Virus record (IMG/VR): IMGVR_UViG_3300031758_000005 | From: a virus | Lineage: Duplodnaviria; Heunggongvirae; Uroviricota; Caudoviricetes | DNA length: 56,411 nucleotides | Direction: 5' to 3' (one strand) | Part shown: positions 9,122 to 19,594 of the stretch, in pieces | How positions within the stretch are numbered: position 1 is the first letter of the stretch | How the letters are laid out: every line of letters begins with the position of its first letter | Notes under the pieces: model-generated | The model's database searches: none | Seen by the model: only the letters and a program-made list of their open reading frames with translations | What the model was told of the DNA's origin: nothing | Made by a program: the position numbers and the translations under genes

Positions 9122-11986
9122 ATGGCATACGAAGATGAAATTGCAGAAGAACCTAGATGGTGGGAAGTGCAAAATATTCCAGTTGCACTGATTCGTGAGT
9201 TACGGCGTAGAAAAAACACAAATAACGTTGGTTTCAACTATCCAAGTTCAGGAGATCCAAGTGGTGTAGTTTATGACTTTTTCAATAAACACGGTCAGTA
9301 CAAAGGTCCAATGACTCCGTGGATACGTGTATTTTCAAATGGAACTGGTATAGCAGGAAACGGATTGGTGCCACGTAGCACAATATTGAATAAGAATGGT
9401 AAGGAAAAAGAATACGATGGTTTTTTATTTATTCCTGGAAACGGTTTTTATGAATCGTATGGATTCAAACAAGAAGGTAATATATTAAAACAAGATAAGG
9501 CTATTATTGGATATGAAGCCAATGGAGAAGCGCATTATATAGATCTTAAATACCGATCTCAATTTTCTTATAAGTGGCCAAGTACTTTTAACAAAAATGG
9601 TAATATTGTAGAGAGTGTACAGAAATCTGAAGTATCTTCTGTATTACCCCCTCCTAATTTGGATAGCATAGAAATAAAAACTAGCAAAGATATGTTATCT
9701 TTTGCTACGATAAAATTCAAATGTTATGGATTGGCTCAATTGGAATATTTAGCACCATTCTTTTTAACACCCAGAATAAATGTATTCGTTGAAATTGGGT
9801 GGAACTTATTTAATATTAATTCATTAATCGAATTGAGTAATACTAATGAATGTTGGTCTATAATACAAAGCCCTCAAAAAGTGATGGACAAGTGGTATCA
9901 GTCATATGGCAATTATGGATGTATAACGGGCATTATCACAAAATATAACTTTGCTACTCAAGATGGCACGATATATGATTGTAGTGTTGAATTAACTTCT
10001 CGTCAGGCATTGTTTGCTGGTATGCCAGCTGAAAATAACGTAAGTACCGCCGTAGAAACAAAAACGGATGCAAATGGAAAAAAGATTCCAACGGAAACAA
10101 AAGAGTATACTGGCCTAAAGACTTTCTTAAAAACAGCATTACCTAAGTTAAAACAAGTTATTATAGATAGAAAGAATTTTATGGAGTATATCGCAACAAA
10201 CGGTATATCCAATTCAGAAGATTATGATAATTCAATAAATCAACATTTTATACAACAACAAACATTTTACGATGGTAAAGTTGAAAATAGAATTTTTATA
10301 GGCAGAACCGATGCACCTAATGTGTACAAAAAACCGTCTATTCCAGTTGGTGATGATGGTATATCGTACAAGTCTGTTCAAATTGGTGGTGTAAATTATA
10401 AAGCTGTATCATATAAAGATGATAGATGTGATTTTGACACTAAAGGTGATGATGAAGTTTGGATGCAATTGGACTTTCTTTTTGAGGTGGCTAACAAATT
10501 TTGTTCGGTTGTTTCAAATAAAACATTTACTATAAATGTTGATAAGATTATTAACGCACATCCTAACTTAATAAGTTGTGATCCGCATGTATTAATTCCA
10601 AATGGTATTGCTCCTAAATTTAATATTGGCAAGAAATTACCAGACGAAAGTTATTTAAACACTATAAAAAATAATAAACTTGATCCGACTGCGCAAAGTA
10701 GAGTGGAAACAGAGATAAAATCAGGTGGTTATTTGAAAAATGGAGATCCAAATCAAAATAACTTTTTAAAATCCAAATACGATGTAGAAATTACCGATGT
10801 AAATGATGAACTATATAGAGCTGCTAAAAAGGTAGAAACCGTGTTCAAAACAGCTGGTGCTTATAGAGATAATTTAGACACGGTTATAAATAGATTGTAT
10901 TATGATATTGGTGGATTGAGCGAAGATAATCCATCTGACAATATATCATTTCCATTTATTTATGATAAAAATGTTGAATTGAGTGGTCAAGAATTGGTAT
11001 TAACAGATCCACAAAAACAAAGATCTTCTACTATCAAGAGAACATATAAGAAATTTAGATATGGCAATTTAAAAAATATCTATATAAGCAAGACTAAAGT
11101 GCTTGAAATTGTAGAAAATAAAGAAGTTCAAACTTGGCAACAATTTGCAAATGCTGTGTTAAACATTATCAATGAATCTTCAAATGGATTTTGGAAGTTT
11201 CAAATATCACAGGATGATTTGGGTGGGTTATCAATACTAGATAACAATTATATTGATTTGGGTGATAAGGCTCCGAGTTTGAAACAGGTGTATGTATTTG
11301 ATGCGGGTGGAACTGAGTCGTGTATAAAAAATATTAGTCTTGATACGTCTTTAACAAGTGAACAAGCTACATTAACACTATTTCAAGCTGGTATAAATAA
11401 ACCAGATAATTCTGATACATCTATGAGTGCGAAGAATTCAAGTGTACCAGCAACTAGTTTTATAGATAGATTGGACGTTTTTAATAAAGAAGAAACTGGT
11501 ACCGGTGAAAGTAACACTGTACCTTCACAAGATGAAATTACAGTGGATCAAAACCAATTGATTTCTACAATACAAACTCACGGTGCTATAGACAAAGTAT
11601 TAACTATTACCAGTGCTTACATAGCTACAGGTGAAAATGCAAATGATGCTTCAAAGAACTATAAACAATTAAACTTATCTACTGATTTGAAGGATAAGTT
11701 GGGGCAAATTATAGATGATCAAGATATAGAAAACAACTTGTCATTATATAGTGGTATATCGCCAAACTTTTCATTGACTGTAACGTTTGATGGTATATTT
11801 GGATTTAGAATGTTTCAACACTTTGGTATTTCTAATTTTCCAAAACCATATATTCCTGAAAACGTTATATTTATGATTACCGATGTTACACATTACGTAA
11901 CCGCTGGAAATGGTAAATGGGAAACTGTTGTTGGTTGCTTAGCTAGATGTGTAGCAGATCAAAATATTGAATTGGTGCCTGTATGA
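9122..11986 (+). CDS. Large baseplate hub-like structural protein
   Basis: 954 aa after the LysM gene; C-terminal SLTVTFDGIFG...F.ITDVTH.V....WET resembles hub (gp27/VgrG-type) C-termini. Confidence 0.55.
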   Translation: MAYEDEIAEEPRWWEVQNIPVALIRELRRRKNTNNVGFNYPSSGDPSGVVYDFFNKHGQYKGPMTPWIRVFSNGTGIAGNGLVPRSTILNKNGKEKEYDGFLFIPGNGFYESYGFKQEGNILKQDKAIIGYEANGEAHYIDLKYRSQFSYKWPSTFNKNGNIVESVQKSEVSSVLPPPNLDSIEIKTSKDMLSFATIKFKCYGLAQLEYLAPFFLTPRINVFVEIGWNLFNINSLIELSNTNECWSIIQSPQKVMDKWYQSYGNYGCITGIITKYNFATQDGTIYDCSVELTSRQALFAGMPAENNVSTAVETKTDANGKKIPTETKEYTGLKTFLKTALPKLKQVIIDRKNFMEYIATNGISNSEDYDNSINQHFIQQQTFYDGKVENRIFIGRTDAPNVYKKPSIPVGDDGISYKSVQIGGVNYKAVSYKDDRCDFDTKGDDEVWMQLDFLFEVANKFCSVVSNKTFTINVDKIINAHPNLISCDPHVLIPNGIAPKFNIGKKLPDESYLNTIKNNKLDPTAQSRVETEIKSGGYLKNGDPNQNNFLKSKYDVEITDVNDELYRAAKKVETVFKTAGAYRDNLDTVINRLYYDIGGLSEDNPSDNISFPFIYDKNVELSGQELVLTDPQKQRSSTIKRTYKKFRYGNLKNIYISKTKVLEIVENKEVQTWQQFANAVLNIINESSNGFWKFQISQDDLGGLSILDNNYIDLGDKAPSLKQVYVFDAGGTESCIKNISLDTSLTSEQATLTLFQAGINKPDNSDTSMSAKNSSVPATSFIDRLDVFNKEETGTGESNTVPSQDEITVDQNQLISTIQTHGAIDKVLTITSAYIATGENANDASKNYKQLNLSTDLKDKLGQIIDDQDIENNLSLYSGISPNFSLTVTFDGIFGFRMFQHFGISNFPKPYIPENVIFMITDVTHYVTAGNGKWETVVGCLARCVADQNIELVPV

Positions 11987-12375
11987 CAATAAAAGACACA
12001 GATATTATAACCAAGACAAAATTAAATTTGGGTAATTTCAATATTAACCTACCAAATACATTTTTGCCAAATCCGACTGATAAAGACTACAAAGTTGGAT
12101 ATATAGAAAGATATGTGGTTTCTAAAATAAATTACAATGAGATAACTGAAGTTTCATCTGATGTGTATAGTAAAATGGACAGTAACTTTTTTAAAAAGGT
12201 AAAATTCAAATGGAAGATTACAGGCGTATTAAATAGCAAATACGATGGCAAGATGTTATTACAACAGGGAGTAATAGAATTTAATAAAAAACAAGTGGAA
12301 CAAATAAACACCATAATCAGAGGTGCTAATGATGTTTTTTCAAATCTTACTCAATTTTACAAACAAATAAATTGA
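11983..12375 (+). CDS. Hypothetical protein (tail module)
   Basis: 130-aa ORF overlapping the previous stop; P.PT.KDY..GYI.RY motif. Confidence 0.6.
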   Translation: MTIKDTDIITKTKLNLGNFNINLPNTFLPNPTDKDYKVGYIERYVVSKINYNEITEVSSDVYSKMDSNFFKKVKFKWKITGVLNSKYDGKMLLQQGVIEFNKKQVEQINTIIRGANDVFSNLTQFYKQIN

Positions 12376-12399
12376 CTTTTGATGTTGTTGATGTAAAAT
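12372..12399 (+). promoter_or_regulatory. Sigma70-like promoter
   Basis: TTGACT-N16-TAAAAT just upstream of the polA-like gene. Confidence 0.5.
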
Positions 12400-12405
12400 T
12401 AAGTT

Positions 12406-13704
12406 GTGGAGTATTCATCTAAAATTTATTTAAAATTAGTTACAAAACACAATAATTATCATAATGCTTGTAATGATATTATTGCTGCTTTCATTTATAA
12501 TTTTAAAGATGGTACAAAACAGTATTTGAATTTTGCGCATACAGATTTACCTATAGATTGTAGTTTTGAAAAGTTTAAATCTGATATTGAGTCACAAAAT
12601 GTAAGTGTATATGTCAACAACAAGAAGACGTACAAGTACTGGTTAAATTGTAATTTGATAGATGTTAATTTGTTTGGTTTCATTGATAACAATGAAATAC
12701 TCGACGAAGTGGAGTGTTTGACTGAAAACTTCCTAAAATATAGTTATCGTAATATCAATAACTTCAATATGATATTACCTTATGTTATACACCAACGAAT
12801 ATTTGACGTTGAAATAAAGCAAATTGAGTCTTTGGGTGACAAAGACACAGACAATTATTGTTTCAAGTTTTTCAATAATGTTATATCCGATACTTTGTTT
12901 GAGGTGGAGAAAAACGGATTAAAAGTTGATACGGATGTATTTTCAAAATACTTTAAAAGCAAAACGTACAACAAATTCATATATACAAATTATAACATTT
13001 ATAATCCAACGGGTAGACCAAGCAATGCATATGATAATATCAATTATGTAGCGCTTAAAAAAGATGATGGATCTAGAGCTAGTTTTGTGTCTAGATATGG
13101 GGAATCTGGTCACTTAATGATGGTGGATTTCACTGGGTTTCATCCTTATATTGTGGCTAATTTGATTGATTATAAAGTTCCTGAAAAGGAGACCATATAT
13201 GAACATTTAGCGAAACACTATTTTGATATTGAAATCGTAACACCAGATGATATAGTTAAATCGAAGAAACTGACGATGGTTAATCTATATGGACAAATTT
13301 CCCAACAGTATTGTGATATTCCATATTTTGCGAAGGTAAATGAATTAAAGGACAAGTACTGGCAAAAATTTGAAAAGAATGGATACATAACAACTCCTAT
13401 CTATAAACGTAAGATTACAAATAAACACATTGTTGACCCCAACAAAAACAAATTGTTTTCTTATATTATTCAAGCTGCTGAAACTGAATATGGTATTGAT
13501 AGTTTAAGTAAGTGCATTAAGTTTGTTAGTGATAAAAGAATCGTGCCTATACTATATGTGTATGACTCAATTGTATTTGATGTACACAATGATACGAATA
13601 AACAAGAACTAATTGATTTGGTTGATATTATCAAAAACAAACGATTTAAGGTAAAAACCTACACTGGAAATAATTACAATGATTTGAAATTAGTCCAATT
13701 GTAA
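12406..13704 (+). CDS. Divergent, short family-A DNA polymerase
   Basis: GTG start; TGRPSN..N...L, motif A VDFTGFH, motif B KKLTMVNLYG, YIIQAAE, motif C LYVYDSIVFD. Confidence 0.75.
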   Translation: MEYSSKIYLKLVTKHNNYHNACNDIIAAFIYNFKDGTKQYLNFAHTDLPIDCSFEKFKSDIESQNVSVYVNNKKTYKYWLNCNLIDVNLFGFIDNNEILDEVECLTENFLKYSYRNINNFNMILPYVIHQRIFDVEIKQIESLGDKDTDNYCFKFFNNVISDTLFEVEKNGLKVDTDVFSKYFKSKTYNKFIYTNYNIYNPTGRPSNAYDNINYVALKKDDGSRASFVSRYGESGHLMMVDFTGFHPYIVANLIDYKVPEKETIYEHLAKHYFDIEIVTPDDIVKSKKLTMVNLYGQISQQYCDIPYFAKVNELKDKYWQKFEKNGYITTPIYKRKITNKHIVDPNKNKLFSYIIQAAETEYGIDSLSKCIKFVSDKRIVPILYVYDSIVFDVHNDTNKQELIDLVDIIKNKRFKVKTYTGNNYNDLKLVQL

Positions 13705-13731
13705 ATATATTTATATGTATATTTATAACAG

Positions 13732-16053
13732 ATGAACTTTAAATCATTAGTAAACGAAATTGGTTGTGATAGTCGTATTAAAAACGGAACATTGGATCTT
13801 AAAAACGAAGATCACGTTTTTGTATTGCAAGAGTACTTGGAGAAGGCTGGTTATGATATTAATGAAATCGTAGAAAAGACTGCAAAATTATTTGAAGCTG
13901 GTAGATTTCCTGATAGACAAGCATACAACAAAGATGGTATACTTGTAACATTTCCAAACAAACAATATAGAGATAGAGCTGTAAACAAAGGTACTCACTT
14001 TGCAGAAAATCCTAAGAAGGCTCAAGCTAATATTTTTAAAGCAGATGCTGAACAAGGAGCTGATCAAAAAGACGATTCTTCAAAACCAAAAGAAGAACCA
14101 GCTACATTGGATCAAACACTAGAAAAAGATATTGTTAGTGACAAAGATACCGATGATAGAACTCCCAAAGAAAAACAAATTGACGCTGGTGGTGTAGAAG
14201 CAATACTAATTGGACAAACTCCATTAGTAAACTATAGTGTAGACGAGGCTAAAAAATTTGGGTTCTATAAAAAAGGATTTAATTGGTATGATACTGAGGG
14301 TAGTTTTATTGGAGAACAAGTATATGATGAAAGTCAGTCGAAAAATGTGATAGTGTCTGACGCTATATCACCATCATCTTATTTGAAAAAAGCAGAAAGA
14401 ATTTACTCTTTAATGGACAAGGATCTTTTGTCTAAGTTGGAATTTTTAAAAAACGCTGAAAAAAGTCAAAGAACATTAATATTTGAAACTATTCCTATAT
14501 TGTTTGCTAATGGTATAAACGACTTTAAAAACTTAAGTGTGAGCGGCGATTATCACGATTATGCAATCAAATTCTTAAAAGAATGGGGAGATTTAAGAAG
14601 TAAGTTAGAGACAATAGAAAAACAGATTGCAAGAGATGAAAACTTAAAGATTTATGATTTGGTGGATACTGATCTTAAAGAAATAGGGAGTAAGAATGGT
14701 GTATCACTTTCTCAATTGGGATCGCCTACGGACTTTATTCATAAAGACATAAGAAAGTTTTATCAGTATTCAGGTGAATATAATAAAAAATTTGTACAGG
14801 GAAAAGAAACGAAAGAAAACACAGCTGATATTGTTTTGATATATGGCGGAAAAGCTGACGATGTTTATAGAGCTCTTCAATCTGGAGATATATCTCAACA
14901 AGACGAAGACTCAATGGCAAAAGTTAATAGCAAAGATGTTAAATTTGCTTTGATTAGTTTGAAAGCTGGTAGTGCTAGATTGGGACACGTACTACAACAA
15001 TTGGTAAGCTATATTGGACAAGAAATACCAATTTCACCAAAGAAATCAGTAAAAGAAAATACATTGCAAGAAGGAATTGTTGATACGATTGTGTCGAGTA
15101 TTAAAGATTTTACTAAGAAGATTAAACAATTGCCTGAGTATATAAATAATATTTTCCAAAATTTTATTAATCTGATTAAACCATTTGAAATTAAGATAAA
15201 CAACTTTTTATTCAAAGAACTAAACGCGGATGTGCAAAAGATGCAAAGTACCGAATTACGTAATTTGGCTCATTTGGAAAAAGAAATTGAGAAGGATATA
15301 AAATCGGTAAAAGAAGATTATGATGATTGTGATTCTGAATCCGCAGCATTGAAACCACAGCTAATCAAAAATCTAAATAGTTTTAGACAATCTTTAAACT
15401 CTACAAGGGAAGATAGTAGATTAATAGGGCAAATTTATAAATTTGCAGAAAATCCATTACTTGTTCAATATTTTCCAGTCATAATCGATAAATCTCAAGC
15501 AGTAGAAGCTGCGTCTTTAAGAAATACCACATTAGGCACAATTGATCATTTGTTGGATGCGTATGATGAAGGTGAGTGTGTAGACAGATCCGAGCTACAA
15601 CCAATTCTAAAATACAGAAGTAATGTTTTAGCACTTGGTTATATCGAATTGATTTTGAATAATATTTTGAAGGATGTAAGTACATCTAATCCTGAAAAAA
15701 TTAGAGAGGAATTTATCAAGTTATCCAGTGTATTGTCTTCAGAAGCAGTATTTGGAAATAACGTTAGTTTGCCGTTGATTAAATTTACCGGCGATAAAAT
15801 TGAAAAGTTGAGATATAAGAAGGATTATAAATTGGTACTTCCAGAAAAAATAGATGATCTCAAGTTGGGTAAAATAAGAATTAACATATTGCCTAGTCAG
15901 GGATATCTAACTGTCAATTTATATTTGTTCAATGGCATTGCATCTATTGATGATGTGCCAACTCCAACATATGTTTATTATTTGATGGATAGTAGTAGCG
16001 GAAGTAAATTTACATTCAAAGTAGAAGGTCAGAAAGTCGTTGAAAAAATATGA
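13732..16053 (+). CDS. Large hypothetical protein, possible PD-(D/E)xK-like nuclease domain
   Basis: 773 aa preceded by two TATTTATA motifs; TADIVLI...FALISLK pattern. Confidence 0.55.
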   Translation: MNFKSLVNEIGCDSRIKNGTLDLKNEDHVFVLQEYLEKAGYDINEIVEKTAKLFEAGRFPDRQAYNKDGILVTFPNKQYRDRAVNKGTHFAENPKKAQANIFKADAEQGADQKDDSSKPKEEPATLDQTLEKDIVSDKDTDDRTPKEKQIDAGGVEAILIGQTPLVNYSVDEAKKFGFYKKGFNWYDTEGSFIGEQVYDESQSKNVIVSDAISPSSYLKKAERIYSLMDKDLLSKLEFLKNAEKSQRTLIFETIPILFANGINDFKNLSVSGDYHDYAIKFLKEWGDLRSKLETIEKQIARDENLKIYDLVDTDLKEIGSKNGVSLSQLGSPTDFIHKDIRKFYQYSGEYNKKFVQGKETKENTADIVLIYGGKADDVYRALQSGDISQQDEDSMAKVNSKDVKFALISLKAGSARLGHVLQQLVSYIGQEIPISPKKSVKENTLQEGIVDTIVSSIKDFTKKIKQLPEYINNIFQNFINLIKPFEIKINNFLFKELNADVQKMQSTELRNLAHLEKEIEKDIKSVKEDYDDCDSESAALKPQLIKNLNSFRQSLNSTREDSRLIGQIYKFAENPLLVQYFPVIIDKSQAVEAASLRNTTLGTIDHLLDAYDEGECVDRSELQPILKYRSNVLALGYIELILNNILKDVSTSNPEKIREEFIKLSSVLSSEAVFGNNVSLPLIKFTGDKIEKLRYKKDYKLVLPEKIDDLKLGKIRINILPSQGYLTVNLYLFNGIASIDDVPTPTYVYYLMDSSSGSKFTFKVEGQKVVEKI

Positions 16054-16445
16054 TAATACAAAAACAACTACTTTGCACATTCGCAAATAGCTTAAATTAT
16101 ATAGACGTATTAAAAGAAATACCAAATCAATATACTCTTATAGATAATAAGATATTTGTTTTTGCTAATGAAACTAATCTAAGGGAGTTATATCTTACAT
16201 TCAATGTGGAAAAGAATGATCGCAATAATCGATTCAAAGGCACTATTAGCATACATCGTAAGAAGCAAACAAATACACTATATACGCTCAACGCAATGAA
16301 TAAGTTGATTGCTGACGAAAACAATGGTGTATTTGATAAGAGCTTTCAATTAAATTGGGATTTATATAAAAATAGTATCATTTTAACAAATGAAGTTGGG
16401 GTTAAAATAGTTCCATTAAAATTGTTTTCTATCTCCGAAATTTGA
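16050..16445 (+). CDS. Hypothetical phage protein
   Basis: 131 aa, ATGA-coupled; QLLCTF...HRKKQTNTLYTLNAMN motif. Confidence 0.7.
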   Translation: MIIQKQLLCTFANSLNYIDVLKEIPNQYTLIDNKIFVFANETNLRELYLTFNVEKNDRNNRFKGTISIHRKKQTNTLYTLNAMNKLIADENNGVFDKSFQLNWDLYKNSIILTNEVGVKIVPLKLFSISEI

Positions 16446-16510
16446 TATATATTTTTGACTTGATTTTTGTCTGCACCTAGTGTAGACTTAGTTTCGAGTT
16501 GGTTATACAA

Positions 16511-16570
16511 TCTGGTTTGAGTGAACCAGACGAATTAATTAACTAATTAAACATTAAACATTAAATAATT
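16511..16570 (+). promoter_or_regulatory. Putative SSB translational operator (hairpin plus A/U-rich repeats)
   Basis: TCTGGTT-TGAGTG-AACCAGA hairpin, then AATTAATTAACTAATTAAACATTAAACATTAAATAATT directly before the ATG. Confidence 0.45.
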
Positions 16571-17416
16571 ATGGCATTAGATCTAAGTAAGTTAAAGAGC
16601 CGTTTGAGCTCTCTCTCAAACACAAATCAAAAATCTAACTTGATTTGGAAACCAAAGCCTGGAAAACAGGTAGTTCGTATTGTTCCGTACAAGTATGTAC
16701 CGGAGAATCCATTCATCGAACTAAAGTTTCATTACAACATCAACAACAAGACATATCTATCTCCTGATAGTTTTGGTCGTCCAGATCCAATCGTTGAATT
16801 TGCTAACCGTCTGAAGAAGACTGGTTCAAAGGAAGATTGGCAGATGGGTCGTAAGATGGAACCAAAGATGCGTACTTTCGTACCAGTTATCGTTCGTGGT
16901 GAAGAAGGTGAAGGAGTTAAGTTCTGGGGATTTGGTAAACAAGTTTATCAAGAACTTCTATCGATCATCAGTGATCCTGACTTCGGTGATATTACTGATC
17001 TAACCAATGGTCGTGATATTGTTGTAGAATTCAAGACGGCTGAAGGTGGAGCTAGTTTCCCAGAAACCAGTATCCGAGTTAAGCCAAATGTAAGTGTTGC
17101 AGTAGATCCTAAGAACGGACAATTGCTTGAAGCACTAAAGTCTCAAGTAAATATTTTGGATCTATTTGAAGAACTATCCTATAACGATCTAAAAGATGTT
17201 ATGGATAAGTGGTTGAATCCAGAAGCATCTGCCACTGAGATTGCAGCGGAACCAACTACAAGTGGGGATGATGACGAAGCTCCGTTTACAGTTCCATCTA
17301 CTCCATCTACTCCATCGGCAACAGCTCCTGCCAAACCAGTACAGTCACCAAGTACTGCTAAGGCTAAGGGTAAAGACAGTGTAGAACAAGCATTTGATGA
17401 CTTGTTTAACTCCTAA
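16571..17416 (+). CDS. Single-stranded DNA-binding protein (T4 gp32-like)
   Basis: WKP..GKQ.VRIVP, G.KFWGFGK.VY, DITD...GRD; acidic C-tail ending AFDDLFNS. Confidence 0.85.
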   Translation: MALDLSKLKSRLSSLSNTNQKSNLIWKPKPGKQVVRIVPYKYVPENPFIELKFHYNINNKTYLSPDSFGRPDPIVEFANRLKKTGSKEDWQMGRKMEPKMRTFVPVIVRGEEGEGVKFWGFGKQVYQELLSIISDPDFGDITDLTNGRDIVVEFKTAEGGASFPETSIRVKPNVSVAVDPKNGQLLEALKSQVNILDLFEELSYNDLKDVMDKWLNPEASATEIAAEPTTSGDDDEAPFTVPSTPSTPSATAPAKPVQSPSTAKAKGKDSVEQAFDDLFNS

Positions 17417-17427
17417 AAAATAAAAAT

Positions 17428-17462
17428 AAGCCGGTGGAGTTTTTATACCCCACCGGCTTTCT
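17428..17462 (+). terminator. Intrinsic terminator
   Basis: AAGCCGGTGG...CCACCGGCTT followed by T-rich sequence. Confidence 0.7.
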
Positions 17463-17475
17463 AGTTATATACGTT

Positions 17476-18615
17476 ATGGCAAAAAAAAGTGTTAGTAAAG
17501 ATACGGGTCAACGTGACGAGCTTATCGAAATGTTGGCAAATGAATTAAATAAAGCAAATAAAGACGGTGGAAAGATTGCTCATTTTCTAGATGAACAAGA
17601 CAATCCATCTGAAATCACGGATTGGATTAGCACTGGTTCTTCTATTTTGGATTTGGCGATTAGTAATCGTCCTCACGGCGGATTACCAGTTGGTAAAATG
17701 GTAGAATTTAACGGCCTCGAAGGTACTGGTAAAAGTTTGCTATCCGCACACGTTGTTGCCGACACTCAGAAGAAAGGTGGAGTTGCAGTAGTAATTGATA
17801 CTGAAAATGCAGCTGCTCCTGAATTCTGGAGAAGTTTGGGTGTAGATCTATCCAAGTTACTATATGTTCAATGTGAAACCGTTGAAGATATTTTTGCTCA
17901 GATGGAACGAATGATTGCTATTGTTCGTAAGAGCAACAAAGATCGTATTCTAACAATTATCGTTGATTCTGTAGCAGCGGCATCAACCAAGGTAGAACTT
18001 GAAAGTGACCACGGTAAAGATGGTTATGCTACGGGTAAATCAATTATTATCAGTAAAGCAATGCGTAAGATTACCACTATGATTGGTCGTCAGAAGGTTC
18101 TTACTGTATTCACCAACCAATTGCGTCAGAATCTAAATGCTATGGCATTTGGTGACAAGTATGTAGTAAGTGGTGGTAAGGCACTTGCTTATCACTGTAG
18201 TGTTCGTGTTCGTTTGAATAATACTGGTAAACTCAAAAAGGGTGAAGAGATTATTGGAAACGAATGCAAAGCAGTTGTTGTGAAGAATCGTATGGGTCCA
18301 CCACAACGTCAAGCTAGTTTCGATATTTATTTTGATTCTGGAATTGCAGATTATGGTTCTTGGATCAAGGTATTGAAGGAAAATAACTTGGTGAAGCAAG
18401 GTGGTGCTTATTATACATATAAGAAGACCGATGGCAGTGAATGGAAGTTCCAATCCAAAGACTTTGTAAACATTATGCAAAGTGACAAGGAATTGAGTGA
18501 AGAAATTTACTTGAAGATTTGTGACGCTGTAATTATGAAATACAAAGATCCTAATAGTCAAATCATTGACGATGCTGTAGTTGAAACAGAAGAAACTGCA
18601 GGCAACGAGGAATAA
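17476..18615 (+). CDS. uvsX: RecA/UvsX recombinase
   Basis: ISTGSSILDLAI, GGLPVG, Walker A GLEGTGKS, IIVDSVAA, NQLR, GGKALAY; start moved to ATG 17476. Confidence 0.93.
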   Translation: MAKKSVSKDTGQRDELIEMLANELNKANKDGGKIAHFLDEQDNPSEITDWISTGSSILDLAISNRPHGGLPVGKMVEFNGLEGTGKSLLSAHVVADTQKKGGVAVVIDTENAAAPEFWRSLGVDLSKLLYVQCETVEDIFAQMERMIAIVRKSNKDRILTIIVDSVAAASTKVELESDHGKDGYATGKSIIISKAMRKITTMIGRQKVLTVFTNQLRQNLNAMAFGDKYVVSGGKALAYHCSVRVRLNNTGKLKKGEEIIGNECKAVVVKNRMGPPQRQASFDIYFDSGIADYGSWIKVLKENNLVKQGGAYYTYKKTDGSEWKFQSKDFVNIMQSDKELSEEIYLKICDAVIMKYKDPNSQIIDDAVVETEETAGNEE

Positions 18616-18631
18616 AACACATTGATAGGAT

Positions 18632-18691
18632 GTTTTTCCGCATTGCCTACTATTTATTAGTATGGATAACAATGCGGAAAAACTTTTTTTT
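18632..18691 (+). promoter_or_regulatory. Hairpin sequestering the endonuclease start codon and TATTTAT motif, followed by a T-run
   Basis: Perfect 14-bp inverted repeat GTTTTTCCGCATTG (18632-45) / CAATGCGGAAAAAC (18670-83), inner TACTA/TAGTA stem, ATG at 18662. Confidence 0.75.
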
Positions 18692-19594
18692 GAAGATCAA
18701 TCTGAACGATTATATCAAATCTTTATAAAAGATGAATCGATATGTGGATTTGCTTCTTTATTTAAACTAAATAAAATTGGTAGCAAAATCGGATCAAAAA
18801 TAAAAAAATATTTATATGATAAATATGGTGAAACTTATTTGAAAAAAATAAGTGCTGTTAGAACGTCTAAAGTTGCTCATCAAAAAAGATCCAAAGATAG
18901 TTATTTTATTTCTTCGGAAAGAAGACAAAAAATGTCTGTTGGTATTAAAAAATATTATAAAAATAATCAGTCCGCTAAATCTAGATGTAGGGATTTAATG
19001 ATTAAACATTGTTTACCAAAGTGTCAAACAATTGAGAGTAAAATAAAACGAGTAAAAAGTAGAGACTGGTATAAACCCAGTGAAGACACTAAACAAAAAA
19101 TGTCGCAATCACAACTTGGAAAGCCATTAACAGAAGAACATAAGTTAAAATTAAGAAAACCAAAGAAAGCCAAACGATCTAATTTTAGACATACTATTGA
19201 AACAAAACACAAATTATCGTTAATTACTAAAAATCAGTGGAAAAGTGGAATTCATAAACCAATTTTTAAATCTAAAGGCCAGCAGGAAGTAATTAGATTG
19301 TTAAAAGAACAAGGATATTCAATTCAAGATGAATATGTTGTTGGGGGGAAGCCATACGATGTGTTTGTAAAAGAAAAAAATTTATTAATAGAATTTAATG
19401 GTACTTATTGGCACAGAGATCCTAGATTTTTTACATCGTCCGATGAAGTTATTAAAATATGGGAAAAAGATAAAAATAAAATGTTGATTGCTGAATCGAA
19501 TGGGTATATAATAAAAGTTATATGGCAACATGACTGGGAACAATGTAAAGACAAAAATATATACATTAAAAAACTATTAAATGAGCAACTTTGA
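18662..19594 (+). mobile_element. Free-standing homing-type endonuclease (NUMOD3-like repeats plus Vsr/DUF559-like nuclease domain)
   Basis: Basic repeats SEDTKQKMSQSQLGKPLTEEHKLKLR and HTIETKHKLS; C-terminal YDVFVKEKNLLIEFNGTYWH...GY.IKVIWQHDW; more AT-rich than flanking replication genes. Confidence 0.75.
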
